From the IMG/VR virus record IMGVR_UViG_3300046001_007123: a stretch of DNA of 64,000 nucleotides; one strand, 5' to 3'. The notes below the pieces were generated by a model. The model was given only the letters and a program-made list of their open reading frames with translations. It was not told the DNA's origin and did not search any database. Below are positions 25,260 to 35,162 of this stretch, one piece after another. Position 1 is the stretch's first letter; every line of letters starts with the position of its first letter. Origin of the DNA: a virus. The position numbers were made by a program, and so were the translations under genes.

Positions 25260-26005
25260 CGAACTGAAATAACAACCCAGATAGAATCTGGGTTTTTTTC
25301 ATCTATATCATATTCTTGAAAAGGATCGTTGTAAGGAACGTAAGAATCTAATATTTTAATTTGATTAATTGATGGTGGACTCTCTATTTCGTCACTTTCT
25401 TCACTACTTAATGAAGTCCCTAACTTTAAATTTCTTAATTCATCATTTAAAGTGTACGTTATTAGAAGTTTCTTTTCCCAAAACAAATCTTCACTCTCAA
25501 CCTCACCTGAACCTCCACATTCATCACAATTTTCTAACCCACTTCCAGAACAATTACCGCAAGTAACTCCCCCATCACCATTACATCCATAACAAGGATC
25601 ACCAGTTTCATCTTCACCCGATCCATCACAAAGATCACAAGTGGATTCACCATTAGTGTCACATTCATTGCAATCAAACGCTCCATTACCCTGACATTCG
25701 GGACACGTAAAATATCCACTACCCAATTCACTAAAGATCATACTTTCAATAATAGTAAATTGATTTAAAACATCGTTAACCGATTGATCAACATCACCCT
25801 CCAAATCATATAGATAAACCATAAATGATAATCTAATTTTATCTGTGTTTGTAACTCTTTGGGTTAAAATCTGTAGAAATTCATCATCAGTGATTTCTTT
25901 GTAAATTTTTGAAGGATTAAAAAGATAGTTTTCACCTTGATCGTCAATTATATGATTGTATATTTGTTTTGTAAAAATCTTGTATTTTTTTTGATCTAAA
26001 GCCAT
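25256..26005 (-). CDS. DnaJ-type zinc-finger (six CxxCxGxG repeats) protein
   Basis: CPECQGNG, CNECDTNG, CDLCDGSG, CYGCNGDG, CGNCSGSG, CDECGGSG in tandem. Acidic C-terminus. Its stop codon overlaps the stop of the convergent + gene. Confidence 0.6.
   Translation of the reverse strand: MALDQKKYKIFTKQIYNHIIDDQGENYLFNPSKIYKEITDDEFLQILTQRVTNTDKIRLSFMVYLYDLEGDVDQSVNDVLNQFTIIESMIFSELGSGYFTCPECQGNGAFDCNECDTNGESTCDLCDGSGEDETGDPCYGCNGDGGVTCGNCSGSGLENCDECGGSGEVESEDLFWEKKLLITYTLNDELRNLKLGTSLSSEESDEIESPPSINQIKILDSYVPYNDPFQEYDIDEKNPDSIWVVISVR
25275..25300 (+). terminator. rho-independent terminator (ACCCAGAT-loop-ATCTGGGT, then T7)
   Basis: Hairpin plus T-run just after the stop of 24777..25259. The hairpin lies inside the 3' coding end of the convergent minus gene. 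Confidence 0.65.
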
Positions 26006-26026
26006 CTTCCCTTTTAGTTATAAATA

Positions 26027-26323
26027 TTGTATAATTATAATATGGAAAAAAATCCACAAATAAATAAAGATTTGTTTTATCATTTGGCGAGACACCATAG
26101 TATAGTGTTCCCACCTGATGGGATTTATAATTCTGAATTACCAAGTTTATTTATAGAGGATGGTAGGACGTTTAAGATTGAAGGTAATAAGAAATATCTT
26201 AAACATAAACTACTTGAAGAGGTGGAATTTAGTAACCCTGAATTAATTAATGACGATAACATCGGATCAACAAATAAAACAATAAAACACTTTTTAGAAA
26301 GTGCATCAAAAATAAGAAAATAA
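26027..26323 (+). CDS. hypothetical protein
   Basis: 98-aa ORF. Confidence 0.4.
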   Translation: MYNYNMEKNPQINKDLFYHLARHHSIVFPPDGIYNSELPSLFIEDGRTFKIEGNKKYLKHKLLEEVEFSNPELINDDNIGSTNKTIKHFLESASKIRK

Positions 26324-26676
26324 TGGCACATCCAAACCTACATTCAAAAAGTTCAGCCAAAAAGTTTGGCGGAAAATGGGAAGATTATATACATCTACAC
26401 AATTGGTTAGATGAGAGTAAGGGTTGGTACGGACATTCCTTACATAGAGCCTTCAGACACCATTCAGAGGGGATATTTGAAATGGAACAAAAGTTTGGGT
26501 CTGAGTTTATAAATAGTGATGGGAAGATTGTTTACACAAGATATGTTGGGGAACAACACGTAAAAGAAGATTGTGACGGACACATTCCTTCGGCATCAGA
26601 GTGGATGAAAATATTAATATCAGGTGAGAGACCTACTTGGGTAACAAGAACTAAAAAGTTGGAGTTTGAAGATTAA
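26323..26676 (+). CDS. hypothetical His/Trp-rich protein
   Basis: 117-aa ORF. Confidence 0.4.
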   Translation: MAHPNLHSKSSAKKFGGKWEDYIHLHNWLDESKGWYGHSLHRAFRHHSEGIFEMEQKFGSEFINSDGKIVYTRYVGEQHVKEDCDGHIPSASEWMKILISGERPTWVTRTKKLEFED

Positions 26677-26700
26677 TGTATTTATAAATAAATAAGCAGA

Positions 26701-27438
26701 ATGGAATTAACTGAAATACAAAAAAAAGACCTACAAAAATATTCATTATTACTTAACTCATTAAATGAAGAAGATGGGATAAGTTGGAGTAGAAATTATT
26801 ACGACGGTGAATGGGAGGATGACTTAGGAGGACCATTTTATAATGGTAAGTATACTGATGAACCAAGTTTCATACCTAAATCAATAGAAGAATTATTCGA
26901 CAACATTGTGGAAGGATTTGACACTAGTAATTTTTATGATGAAATGTATGATAACGAAACTGGAACTTTGTATTTTGAGATTAATGCTCAAGATAGACAA
27001 GTTGTTGTGACATATGAGTATCCAGAACTAAATTCTGAGGAAACAAGTGTAACCAAAACTTTTGTTGATTTAGCTAATATACCTAACCCTTGGTATAGTC
27101 AAAATAACCCAAATAAACGTGAAAGGTTTTTAGATAAGGAATTCATTAATGAATTAAAAACTAAATATGGTAATGAAATTTTGTTAACATATGAAGGTAG
27201 TGGTGATGAAGGATGGATAAATGATTTTATGGAAACTGACAAAGGGGAAGTTAGAATGGATTCACTATTGGAAGATATATCTTACAACGTCATTGATTTG
27301 TTTCACGGTGGTTGGGAAAATAATGAAGGGTCTAATGGGTCGATACTAATTAATTTAGATGATGAAGATATTACAATTACACACAATAACAATTATGTTG
27401 AGGAAGTCCTAAAACATAATTTTACATTAAACTTCTAA
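26701..27438 (+). CDS. hypothetical acidic protein
   Basis: 245-aa ORF. Confidence 0.45.
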   Translation: MELTEIQKKDLQKYSLLLNSLNEEDGISWSRNYYDGEWEDDLGGPFYNGKYTDEPSFIPKSIEELFDNIVEGFDTSNFYDEMYDNETGTLYFEINAQDRQVVVTYEYPELNSEETSVTKTFVDLANIPNPWYSQNNPNKRERFLDKEFINELKTKYGNEILLTYEGSGDEGWINDFMETDKGEVRMDSLLEDISYNVIDLFHGGWENNEGSNGSILINLDDEDITITHNNNYVEEVLKHNFTLNF

Positions 27439-27455
27439 CTGAATATTTATCATTA

Positions 27456-28319
27456 ATGGAAAAGTTAATAAAAGAAGAGATATTAAGAATCTCAGAAGTG
27501 ATGAGGATCCAAACTCTAAACGAATCAGAGTATATGGAGTGTGGGAGATTTTCGGACAACAAACAAAAAATGTTGCTTTGCAAAAAAATCGCATCATTAA
27601 AAAGCTGGTTACATAAAGACGATGGACTTGGACTTAAAAGGATTATTAACAATAAAACCGAAGAACTTAAAACAGACGTTCCTGATTCCTTGAAACAACA
27701 ATTCATTAAGGGGGCGGAACTACTCCAATCATTAGGTAAGATAAGTGAGAAACAAAAAGAATACTTTATAAATAACAAAGTTAATTCAAGTAAGTTAGTT
27801 TACATAAATGGCGAATGGCAACCAATTAATAAGTTGAATACCAACTATTCGGATCTTTCTGAGTTGATTACGGATTTAATTTATAAAGGTGGTGAAAATG
27901 CTAAACCCACAATACAATCTATCATTAATAACCCAACCGAAGGATTAAAAAAAATCAAACCATACATTGGAAGATTGGTTGATAAGTATTTTGAAGATCC
28001 TAACGTACTATTGGATTATACTAAAAACATTCAAAGAGCAAGTGCGATCGGTGAGAGTGCTGAGAATAGAATTAAAGAAACCTTAGAGGATATGGGGTTT
28101 GAATCCGAATATAGTGGAGGTAATGGTGATCTAATTGATATGACTTTTGGTACCGATCTAATAATGACACACCCAACTCACGGAACAAAAACAATTCAGG
28201 TTAAAAATTCAGAAAGAGCTTGGGATAGAAAAGATGCTTACTCTTATGTTGATTGGGTTATTATTGCAAATCCTTTTACTATCTACGATAATAAAACTAA
28301 AAAACCTATTCAGATATGA
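27456..28319 (+). CDS. hypothetical protein (N-terminus MEKLIKEEILRISEV resembles family variant 2)
   Basis: 287-aa ORF. Confidence 0.45.
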   Translation: MEKLIKEEILRISEVMRIQTLNESEYMECGRFSDNKQKMLLCKKIASLKSWLHKDDGLGLKRIINNKTEELKTDVPDSLKQQFIKGAELLQSLGKISEKQKEYFINNKVNSSKLVYINGEWQPINKLNTNYSDLSELITDLIYKGGENAKPTIQSIINNPTEGLKKIKPYIGRLVDKYFEDPNVLLDYTKNIQRASAIGESAENRIKETLEDMGFESEYSGGNGDLIDMTFGTDLIMTHPTHGTKTIQVKNSERAWDRKDAYSYVDWVIIANPFTIYDNKTKKPIQI

Positions 28320-29047
28320 TGACACCAGGGCAAATGTGGGTTAAAAGAAGATATAAGGATCTTATAAGTGATGTTGAAGAGGCAACATCTCTCATAAATG
28401 TTGAGGATCATAAAGACTTCAAAGACTATGCTACTGAAGTATATGATTCGGCTTTAGATATCTATATGTCACATACTGACCACGAGTTAGATAATTTTTG
28501 GGACATATATAGTAGTATAATGGATTCAATGGAAGATATTTTTAATGATCAGTTGAAAGATTATTACGGTAATTCTGAAGAAACCCTAAATGAAAACTTT
28601 GATCAGATTCTTGATTTATACAAAAAAGTTAAGGAAGGCGAAAAGTTAAAACCATCCGAACAATCTATGATGAGGTCGTTTAAAAATTTTGTTGATAAAG
28701 GTGGTAACGCAGAAGAGTTTGTTTACGATCTTGATCAAGAGATGATGCCAGATGAAAGAGAGGGTGAAAGATTTAGATGGGAAAGACACGGAACTCCTTT
28801 AACTTATGAGTTTTCCGAAGAATATGAATCAGATGGGGAAATAAATTACTTCGGTGAGATAAAATATATGGGCGATGAATTCCTTGGGGTTATCTCAACA
28901 GACAAAAGAGGTTATCTAACCGATTATGACTTTTATAGTGTGTTCGATGAAGAAGTTAGATTACAGGATATTTTAAAAGAAAATGGACTCGAACCTGAAA
29001 TAACCAACTTCTTTCAAGAAGAGATAATCAATTCATTAAGAAAATGA
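28316..29047 (+). CDS. hypothetical acidic protein
   Basis: 243-aa ORF with ATGA junction. Confidence 0.45.
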   Translation: MMTPGQMWVKRRYKDLISDVEEATSLINVEDHKDFKDYATEVYDSALDIYMSHTDHELDNFWDIYSSIMDSMEDIFNDQLKDYYGNSEETLNENFDQILDLYKKVKEGEKLKPSEQSMMRSFKNFVDKGGNAEEFVYDLDQEMMPDEREGERFRWERHGTPLTYEFSEEYESDGEINYFGEIKYMGDEFLGVISTDKRGYLTDYDFYSVFDEEVRLQDILKENGLEPEITNFFQEEIINSLRK

Positions 29048-29595
29048 AAATAGTTATCACGGAATCTCAAATGAGAATGGTGATTGAGAGTTCAAACAAA
29101 CCCACTCGTAAATCCGAAATTCTTAAAAAAATGTGGGATAAACAAACTAAAGAGAAAGGTTACCCGACTTTTGATGAAGATATCTTAGGTTATTTCGGTA
29201 TAGATAGATGGACGGATATTAGGGACTATGGTGAGTTCTTCAATGATTACATTGGCGGAGAAGAAAAAACTATGGAAATAATTGATAACTTATCAATTAA
29301 TAACTTCTCAACAAAAGATTTTCCTGAAATGTTTGTTGGTGGGTATGACTTTGATTGGAGAATCACTAATGTTTACGTAAAAGATGATGTTTATAAAATA
29401 GAGTGTCAAGTATCAGAAGGGGGATCTGTTACCACTATGGATGGTAGACACTTATCTTTAGAAGATGCTTTGAATGATGATGAGGTTGGATTTGAGATAC
29501 AGGGTGAAGTAAGTGGAGTTATACAAGATTGTTTAAACTCATTAATATATCCGAGAACGGGAATAAAGGTTTTAGTGTATTACGTGGAGATATGA
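29044..29595 (+). CDS. family-1 member (MKIVITESQMRMVIESSNK)
   Basis: Conserved N-terminal module. ATGA junctions on both sides. Confidence 0.55.
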   Translation: MKIVITESQMRMVIESSNKPTRKSEILKKMWDKQTKEKGYPTFDEDILGYFGIDRWTDIRDYGEFFNDYIGGEEKTMEIIDNLSINNFSTKDFPEMFVGGYDFDWRITNVYVKDDVYKIECQVSEGGSVTTMDGRHLSLEDALNDDEVGFEIQGEVSGVIQDCLNSLIYPRTGIKVLVYYVEI

Positions 29596-29963
29596 AAATA
29601 ATAATTACAGAATCACAATTAAAAACTATAACATTTCAAAATACGGTTGATATGTCATTTGACGATATCAAAAAAAAATGTAATAAGATGAACGAACTTG
29701 GCGCCGATGCCCCTGAGATTATTAGTTTTGATGTTTGTGATCAAATAGAGTCAATTTCAAAAGTTGAAGTTGTAAATGTGTATAAAACAAACAATATGAT
29801 TGAAATATCGATTATTGTTTATTACGAAACTATTTTTCAATCGTTAGATGTTGGTGGATTCCTCTATGAGTTAGAATATCATTTGAGAGAATATTTAGGG
29901 AAAGGGAACTTTAAGTTAAAACTACTTAATTCAATAAATACAAGAGAGGACTTTAACTGGTGA
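29592..29963 (+). CDS. family-1 member (MKIIITESQLKTITFQ)
   Basis: Start moved to the ATG overlapping the upstream TGA, where the conserved module begins. Confidence 0.55.
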   Translation: MKIIITESQLKTITFQNTVDMSFDDIKKKCNKMNELGADAPEIISFDVCDQIESISKVEVVNVYKTNNMIEISIIVYYETIFQSLDVGGFLYELEYHLREYLGKGNFKLKLLNSINTREDFNW

Positions 29964-30295
29964 TGAAAATAATAATAAGTGAAAATCAAATGATGAGTTT
30001 AAGGTTCAGACGAAGAGGTGTGGAACTTGATAAAATAAGTGATATAATTGAGTATCAAACTGAAATACAAGATCCTTGTAATTTTGATGATGGTGAAGAA
30101 TATGCGGATTTTTGTATAAACCAAGGAATTAGTTTTTATTATTGTGATGAAAATTATTGTGATGAAGATGATGAGGATTACAGAGAACCTTCTGATGAAA
30201 TGATTGAGGTTAGAGAAGAAGTTGAAACATACCTAAATAATAAGTACTATAATTATTTAGTTAATTTATGGGAAGAAGATGGAAATTGTGATTAA
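29963..30295 (+). CDS. family-1 member (MKIIISENQMMSLRFRRR)
   Basis: TGATG junction. Conserved module. Confidence 0.5.
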   Translation: MKIIISENQMMSLRFRRRGVELDKISDIIEYQTEIQDPCNFDDGEEYADFCINQGISFYYCDENYCDEDDEDYREPSDEMIEVREEVETYLNNKYYNYLVNLWEEDGNCD

Positions 30296-30296
30296 T

Positions 30297-30599
30297 ATGA
30301 AAATAATACTAACAGAAAAGCAGGCGGATAGAATATTCAAAGACGAGATTGTTTGTGAGAAATGTGAACACTCTTGGAATAAAGAGGAGGGTGATAGACA
30401 TCCATACCTTTGCCACGATTGTGGTTGGGACCTGAAGGAACAAAAATATGACAAAGAAAATCTTTATAAGTTTTGGAAGAAGAAATTATCTAAAGATCCT
30501 ATTGAGGAAAAATGGTCTGAAAAATATAAAAAATCAATAAATTGTAAAAACCCAAAAGGTTTTAGTCAGAAGGCTCATTGTCAAGGGAGAAAAAAATAA
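30297..30599 (+). CDS. family-1 member with Cys4 zinc ribbon (MKIILTEKQADRIF...CEKCEH...CHDCGW)
   Basis: Conserved module plus CxxC...CxxC. Confidence 0.5.
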   Translation: MKIILTEKQADRIFKDEIVCEKCEHSWNKEEGDRHPYLCHDCGWDLKEQKYDKENLYKFWKKKLSKDPIEEKWSEKYKKSINCKNPKGFSQKAHCQGRKK

Positions 30600-30606
30600 G
30601 TCATTT

Positions 30607-31164
30607 ATGAATTTAATTACATTTATAATACCATCGATTAATAGACCCACAATAGACAATACAATCCAATCCTTACTTAATCAAACTAACCCAAATTGGA
30701 GTTGTTTTGTTCTTTACGACGGAGTTGTCGGGAAAGAATTTAATGACCCAAGAATACGAACATTCAACATAGAAAAGTTAGGAGTAAAGGGGGAAAGACA
30801 CGGAAATGCTGGGTTAGTTAGAAATGAAGGGATTAAAATGTGTGAAACAGAATGGATTGGATTCTTAGATGATGATGATACAATACACGAAGATTATGTT
30901 AAAACACTTGTAGAAAAATACTTACAATATGATTTTGTTGTTTGGAGAATGAAAACAACCGACGGTAAGATATTTCCCGAACTTTCAAGAAACAATCTTA
31001 TTAGAAACCGAGTTGGTATATCAATATCGTTTAAGACTACAATACCTAATATGTTATTCGACACTAATGACGATGGTGAAGATTTTGAGTTTGTCGATAA
31101 ATTACAAAATACCACGAACAATTTTATAATTGCACCTGAGATCTATTATAACATTAGACACTAA
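30607..31164 (+). CDS. glycosyltransferase family 2 (GT-A fold)
   Basis: IIPSINRPTIDNTIQSLLNQT...GFLDDDDTIHEDY (DxD motif). Confidence 0.7.
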   Translation: MNLITFIIPSINRPTIDNTIQSLLNQTNPNWSCFVLYDGVVGKEFNDPRIRTFNIEKLGVKGERHGNAGLVRNEGIKMCETEWIGFLDDDDTIHEDYVKTLVEKYLQYDFVVWRMKTTDGKIFPELSRNNLIRNRVGISISFKTTIPNMLFDTNDDGEDFEFVDKLQNTTNNFIIAPEIYYNIRH

Positions 31165-31214
31165 AAACAATTTATTAAAATTAATTTTTTCCTATAGTTA
31201 TAATAAAAAAAGAT

Positions 31215-31961
31215 ATGGGAATGCCTTTAATTGAACAAAACGCTGGTTATGCTTTAGGTAATTTTATAATGTTAACACCAGGGATAAAAAGGTTATCGGA
31301 AAAGGTAGGTCATAAAATAGATGTTTTTTTCACAATACCTTACGTTAAAGATTGTTTTATTGATTGTGATTTTATGAATCACGTAGGTAAATTACGAAGA
31401 GAACCAACGTTCTCCTCAAAAATGATTAATCTAAATGTTCCAGATTACGAATACACATTTGAATTAATGGTTGGTGAAAAATGGACTGACAAATACCACA
31501 CATATGTTGATCCCGCAATTGAAATACCAAAGAATAACGGAGATTATTTATTGTTATTAAATGGTTTGGGTGGGTTATCACTTAACGATAATGATCCGAA
31601 ACCAAAATGGTACGGAAAGAAGGAAGTACCTGAAGAGATATACGACCTAATAAAAGAAAATAGTAACTTACCAATTTATTTCACGGGATCGGAATCAGAT
31701 ATGAAACAAAATCCTTGGATGGAAAAGATATGTGATAGAATTGAAATTGGTGATATCCGAAAATCATTATCATTAGTGAGAGATGCTAAAAAGATTATTT
31801 CTAACGATACTGGATTAGCACATTGTGCTGGTGCAATGAATAAAGATCTCTTAATACTTTGGAAAGATACTCCATTTATAAAAAATCAAAACCCCGGTAA
31901 AAATACAAGATACTCCCAAAAAGAAAGTTGGATAAAAGATATTAATGAATACTTAAGTTAA
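31215..31961 (+). CDS. GT9-like glycosyltransferase (heptosyltransferase fold)
   Basis: ISNDTGLAHCAGAMNKDLLILW resembles the GT9 NDSGxMHLAAA motif. Confidence 0.5.
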   Translation: MGMPLIEQNAGYALGNFIMLTPGIKRLSEKVGHKIDVFFTIPYVKDCFIDCDFMNHVGKLRREPTFSSKMINLNVPDYEYTFELMVGEKWTDKYHTYVDPAIEIPKNNGDYLLLLNGLGGLSLNDNDPKPKWYGKKEVPEEIYDLIKENSNLPIYFTGSESDMKQNPWMEKICDRIEIGDIRKSLSLVRDAKKIISNDTGLAHCAGAMNKDLLILWKDTPFIKNQNPGKNTRYSQKESWIKDINEYLS

Positions 31962-32581
31962 TGCACATTATAACATTTTACGATAAAAAGATAAAACCAT
32001 TAGTTGTTGATTTACAACAAAAAGTTTTTAATAAATATGGTTTCACAATTAACCAAATTATGGTTGAGAATTGGACAACACACGGAGATGCGGTTGACAA
32101 TTATTTGAAAGACATATATGACCCTGAAGAGATAATTGTTTTATTTGACATTGATGCAATACCATTAAATAAAAAAATAATACCACTTGCAGTTGAATGG
32201 GCTAAAAATAACGTTGGATTATTTGGTAATGCTCAAGTGGCTTCTAAATTAAAACCACCACATAACAAATTTATTTTTGCGGCACCATCATTCTTAGTTT
32301 TTAGTATAAGAACATATAATGAGTTAGGGAGACCATCCTTCAATACGACTAACAGATCGGATTGTGCTGGAGAACTTTCTCACATTGCGACGGAAAATGA
32401 GATGTCAATTAATTTATTATTTCCTAATCACGCTGAAATACCAAATGTTAAACTTGATGAGAATCATAGTTTTGGGTATGGAACAACATATGGTAACAAT
32501 ACGTACCACGCATTTGAATCTAGGTTCGGTAAAAAAGATGTATTCTTTATTAATAAATGTAATTCAATATTAGGGGTATGA
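31961..32581 (+). CDS. hypothetical protein (possible glycosyltransferase accessory)
   Basis: 206-aa ORF inside the GT cluster. It contains a DxD-like LFDIDAIP. Confidence 0.4.
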   Translation: MHIITFYDKKIKPLVVDLQQKVFNKYGFTINQIMVENWTTHGDAVDNYLKDIYDPEEIIVLFDIDAIPLNKKIIPLAVEWAKNNVGLFGNAQVASKLKPPHNKFIFAAPSFLVFSIRTYNELGRPSFNTTNRSDCAGELSHIATENEMSINLLFPNHAEIPNVKLDENHSFGYGTTYGNNTYHAFESRFGKKDVFFINKCNSILGV

Positions 32582-33276
32582 TTATGGAATATGATTTTTG
32601 TGTTTTAATTACAACCTACAATAGATCGGAGATGCTTTATAAGTTATTGGACGATATTGATCGTAATAAAAAAGATTATAAAATATTAGTTGCGGTCTTT
32701 GATGATGGGTCGACTGAAAAAATAGATTTGTCAGGAAGAGATGTTATTAAAATAGGTATGTTTCCAAATATGGGTAAGAAGAAATATTACGTTACATACA
32801 ACGCAACCTTTAGTTTTGTTAAAAACGTAAATTCAAAGTATTTTATTTATTTACCTGACGATATTTCTTTAGTAGATAACTTTTTTGATGAAACCAAAAG
32901 ATTATACGAATCGATAGACTCGACTAAAAAAATATGTTTAAGTATATTAACTGACGATAGGGTTAATAAATCACATTGGGGTTATAAAAACCCAAAAGAT
33001 TTAGGTGAGGTTTTGCGGACACAATGGAATGACCTATGTTTCATATGTGAGAAGAATTTCTTTGAATTACTTGATTATAGGGTTAATGCGATTAGCGAAA
33101 AAAGATGGATTAATGATCCGCTAATAAGTTCTGGTGTTGGTCATCAAATCACCCAAAGACTTAATAGTAGTGGTAAATTTTTGTATCACGTAAAAAAATC
33201 ATTAGTGTATCACGGAGTTCACGAATCCAAAATGAATAAAAACGAAAGAAAAAAGAATAATTTAATCACAATATGA
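32578..33276 (+). CDS. glycosyltransferase family 2
   Basis: FCVLITTYNRSEMLYKLLDDI...VFDDGS. Confidence 0.65.
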   Translation: MIMEYDFCVLITTYNRSEMLYKLLDDIDRNKKDYKILVAVFDDGSTEKIDLSGRDVIKIGMFPNMGKKKYYVTYNATFSFVKNVNSKYFIYLPDDISLVDNFFDETKRLYESIDSTKKICLSILTDDRVNKSHWGYKNPKDLGEVLRTQWNDLCFICEKNFFELLDYRVNAISEKRWINDPLISSGVGHQITQRLNSSGKFLYHVKKSLVYHGVHESKMNKNERKKNNLITI

Positions 33277-34175
33277 GTGAAAAAAGAATAGTTAGTGTTG
33301 CGTCTTACAAAAGAATAGATAGTTTGGTTAAAACAATCGATTCAATTTATGATCAGTGTGATGAGATTAATATATTTTTAAATGATCACGAAGGGGAAAT
33401 TCCCCCTCAATTTTTAGATGAAAAAATAAACTTATATTTTTCCGATAATAGGTATGGGGACGCACTAAAGTTTGCAAAATTAATTGATTCGGACGGTTAT
33501 TACCTTACAATAGATGACGACTTAATTTACCCACCAAACTACGTTGACCATATGATCACAAGGTGTAAAGAGTTTTCAAATAAGAGGGTTATAACCCTAC
33601 ACGGAAGAAAGTTTTCTAAAGAACCAATAAAATCATTTTATAGTTCTTACATTGAATTTTATCATTGTCTTAGACATCAAAAAAGAGACGCGTTTATACA
33701 TTTTGGAGGCACTGGTGTTATGTGTTTTCATACAAGTTTAATGAAAATACCAATCACATATTTTGAACATCCAAATATGGCAGACGTATGGGTTGGTAAG
33801 TATTGTATTGAAAATAATATTGAAGTATTATCAATTGCTCACGAGAAAGATTTCTTGACATACCAACCACAAACAACAACGATATTTGATACTCATTCTA
33901 ACTCAGATACAATACAAACAAAAATAGTAAATGATTTGTTTAACCCAAGTAAGGAGGTAAACGTGGTAATAGAAACACCACCTATTCATACTAAAATAGA
34001 AAAAACTATAGAAAAGAGCCAAAAAACTTTAAATTATGAAATGGTAAACAAAATATTTGGGAACCAACACCACTCCACGCCCAAATCGATTAAACCCGTC
34101 CAAACCCAACAAACAAGACCTTCAGGTAATGTCCATATGTTAAGTAAAATAATGGGTAAAAAAAGAGGTAGATGA
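33273..34175 (+). CDS. GT-A-like glycosyltransferase
   Basis: SVASYKRIDSLVKTIDSIYDQ... followed by TIDDDLIYP. Confidence 0.55.
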   Translation: MSEKRIVSVASYKRIDSLVKTIDSIYDQCDEINIFLNDHEGEIPPQFLDEKINLYFSDNRYGDALKFAKLIDSDGYYLTIDDDLIYPPNYVDHMITRCKEFSNKRVITLHGRKFSKEPIKSFYSSYIEFYHCLRHQKRDAFIHFGGTGVMCFHTSLMKIPITYFEHPNMADVWVGKYCIENNIEVLSIAHEKDFLTYQPQTTTIFDTHSNSDTIQTKIVNDLFNPSKEVNVVIETPPIHTKIEKTIEKSQKTLNYEMVNKIFGNQHHSTPKSIKPVQTQQTRPSGNVHMLSKIMGKKRGR

Positions 34176-35131
34176 GTTTAAGTGTAATTATACCTACATA
34201 TGATAATGTGGATTTTTTGGATGAACTATTCGACTCAATTAAAAAAAATCAAGCTAACTTCCCCTTTGAGGTTTTAGTAGGTATTGATAATTGCGAAAAA
34301 ACAAAAGAATATATTAAAGATAAAACCTTCCCACCTAATTTCTTCTTTTTTTTCTTTTTGGAAAATGTTGGACCATATAAGATAAAAAATACTTTGTCTG
34401 AAATATCAAAATATGATAATTTATTTTTCTTTGATTCCGATGATGTTATGACGGAAAGTTGTTTATCTGAATTAAATAGTTTGACCTTAAAATATGAATG
34501 TGTCAAACCCAAATTTATAAACTTTAGAGATAATAATTTTGGTAGGGATTATAAAGACGAAAAGGGGCTTTACGGGGAAGGAGTATTCGCAATAAGAAAG
34601 AACTTATTTCTTGCAATGAATGGATTTGAGGGTTGGAGATGTGCTGCTGATTCGGATTTTATGGGTAGATTATATAGGATGAAAAGAAAAATTAATTTAA
34701 CAAGTAATATATTATTTCATAGACGACTACACCCAAAAAGTTTAACATTAAGTAATGAAACGGGGTATGCCTCCCAAATACGAGGTAAATATTTTAGAAT
34801 GTCAAAAAATAAAACTAATTTCGGTCCATTGACGATATTAGAGAAGGCTGACTACCAAATGTTGGATAATACTACGATTGAGTGGTCAGAATCAATTTCT
34901 GTGATAGAACAAAATGAAGTTGATCTGATAAAAGATCTAAAAGATAAGAAGCACCGATTATTAGAAACAATCTTCCAAAACCTACCAAAAGAAGTTAAAC
35001 CAAAAGAAGTTAAGGTGATTGATTATAATAGGGTGAATCAGAATAGTAATACCCAAACAACGAATACTTTAAATAATGCCCTGAAAAAGGCCAAATTAGA
35101 AAACCTCAAAAAAAATTATGGAAGAAGATAG
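34172..35131 (+). CDS. glycosyltransferase family 2 with internal poly-T tract
   Basis: LSVIIPTYDNVDFLDELFDSIKKNQ...FFDSDDVM. Codons 57-63 are FFFFFFL, encoded by TTCTTCTTTTTTTTCTTTTTG. Confidence 0.65.
   Translation: MSLSVIIPTYDNVDFLDELFDSIKKNQANFPFEVLVGIDNCEKTKEYIKDKTFPPNFFFFFFLENVGPYKIKNTLSEISKYDNLFFFDSDDVMTESCLSELNSLTLKYECVKPKFINFRDNNFGRDYKDEKGLYGEGVFAIRKNLFLAMNGFEGWRCAADSDFMGRLYRMKRKINLTSNILFHRRLHPKSLTLSNETGYASQIRGKYFRMSKNKTNFGPLTILEKADYQMLDNTTIEWSESISVIEQNEVDLIKDLKDKKHRLLETIFQNLPKEVKPKEVKVIDYNRVNQNSNTQTTNTLNNALKKAKLENLKKNYGRR
34340..34360 (+). repeat. T-rich homopolymeric tract (including T8) inside the GT2 CDS
   Basis: ttcttcttttttttctttttg. A possible slipped-strand site. Confidence 0.6.
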
Positions 35132-35162
35132 TTGATTTTAAAAAATTAACTATATTTGTTCT

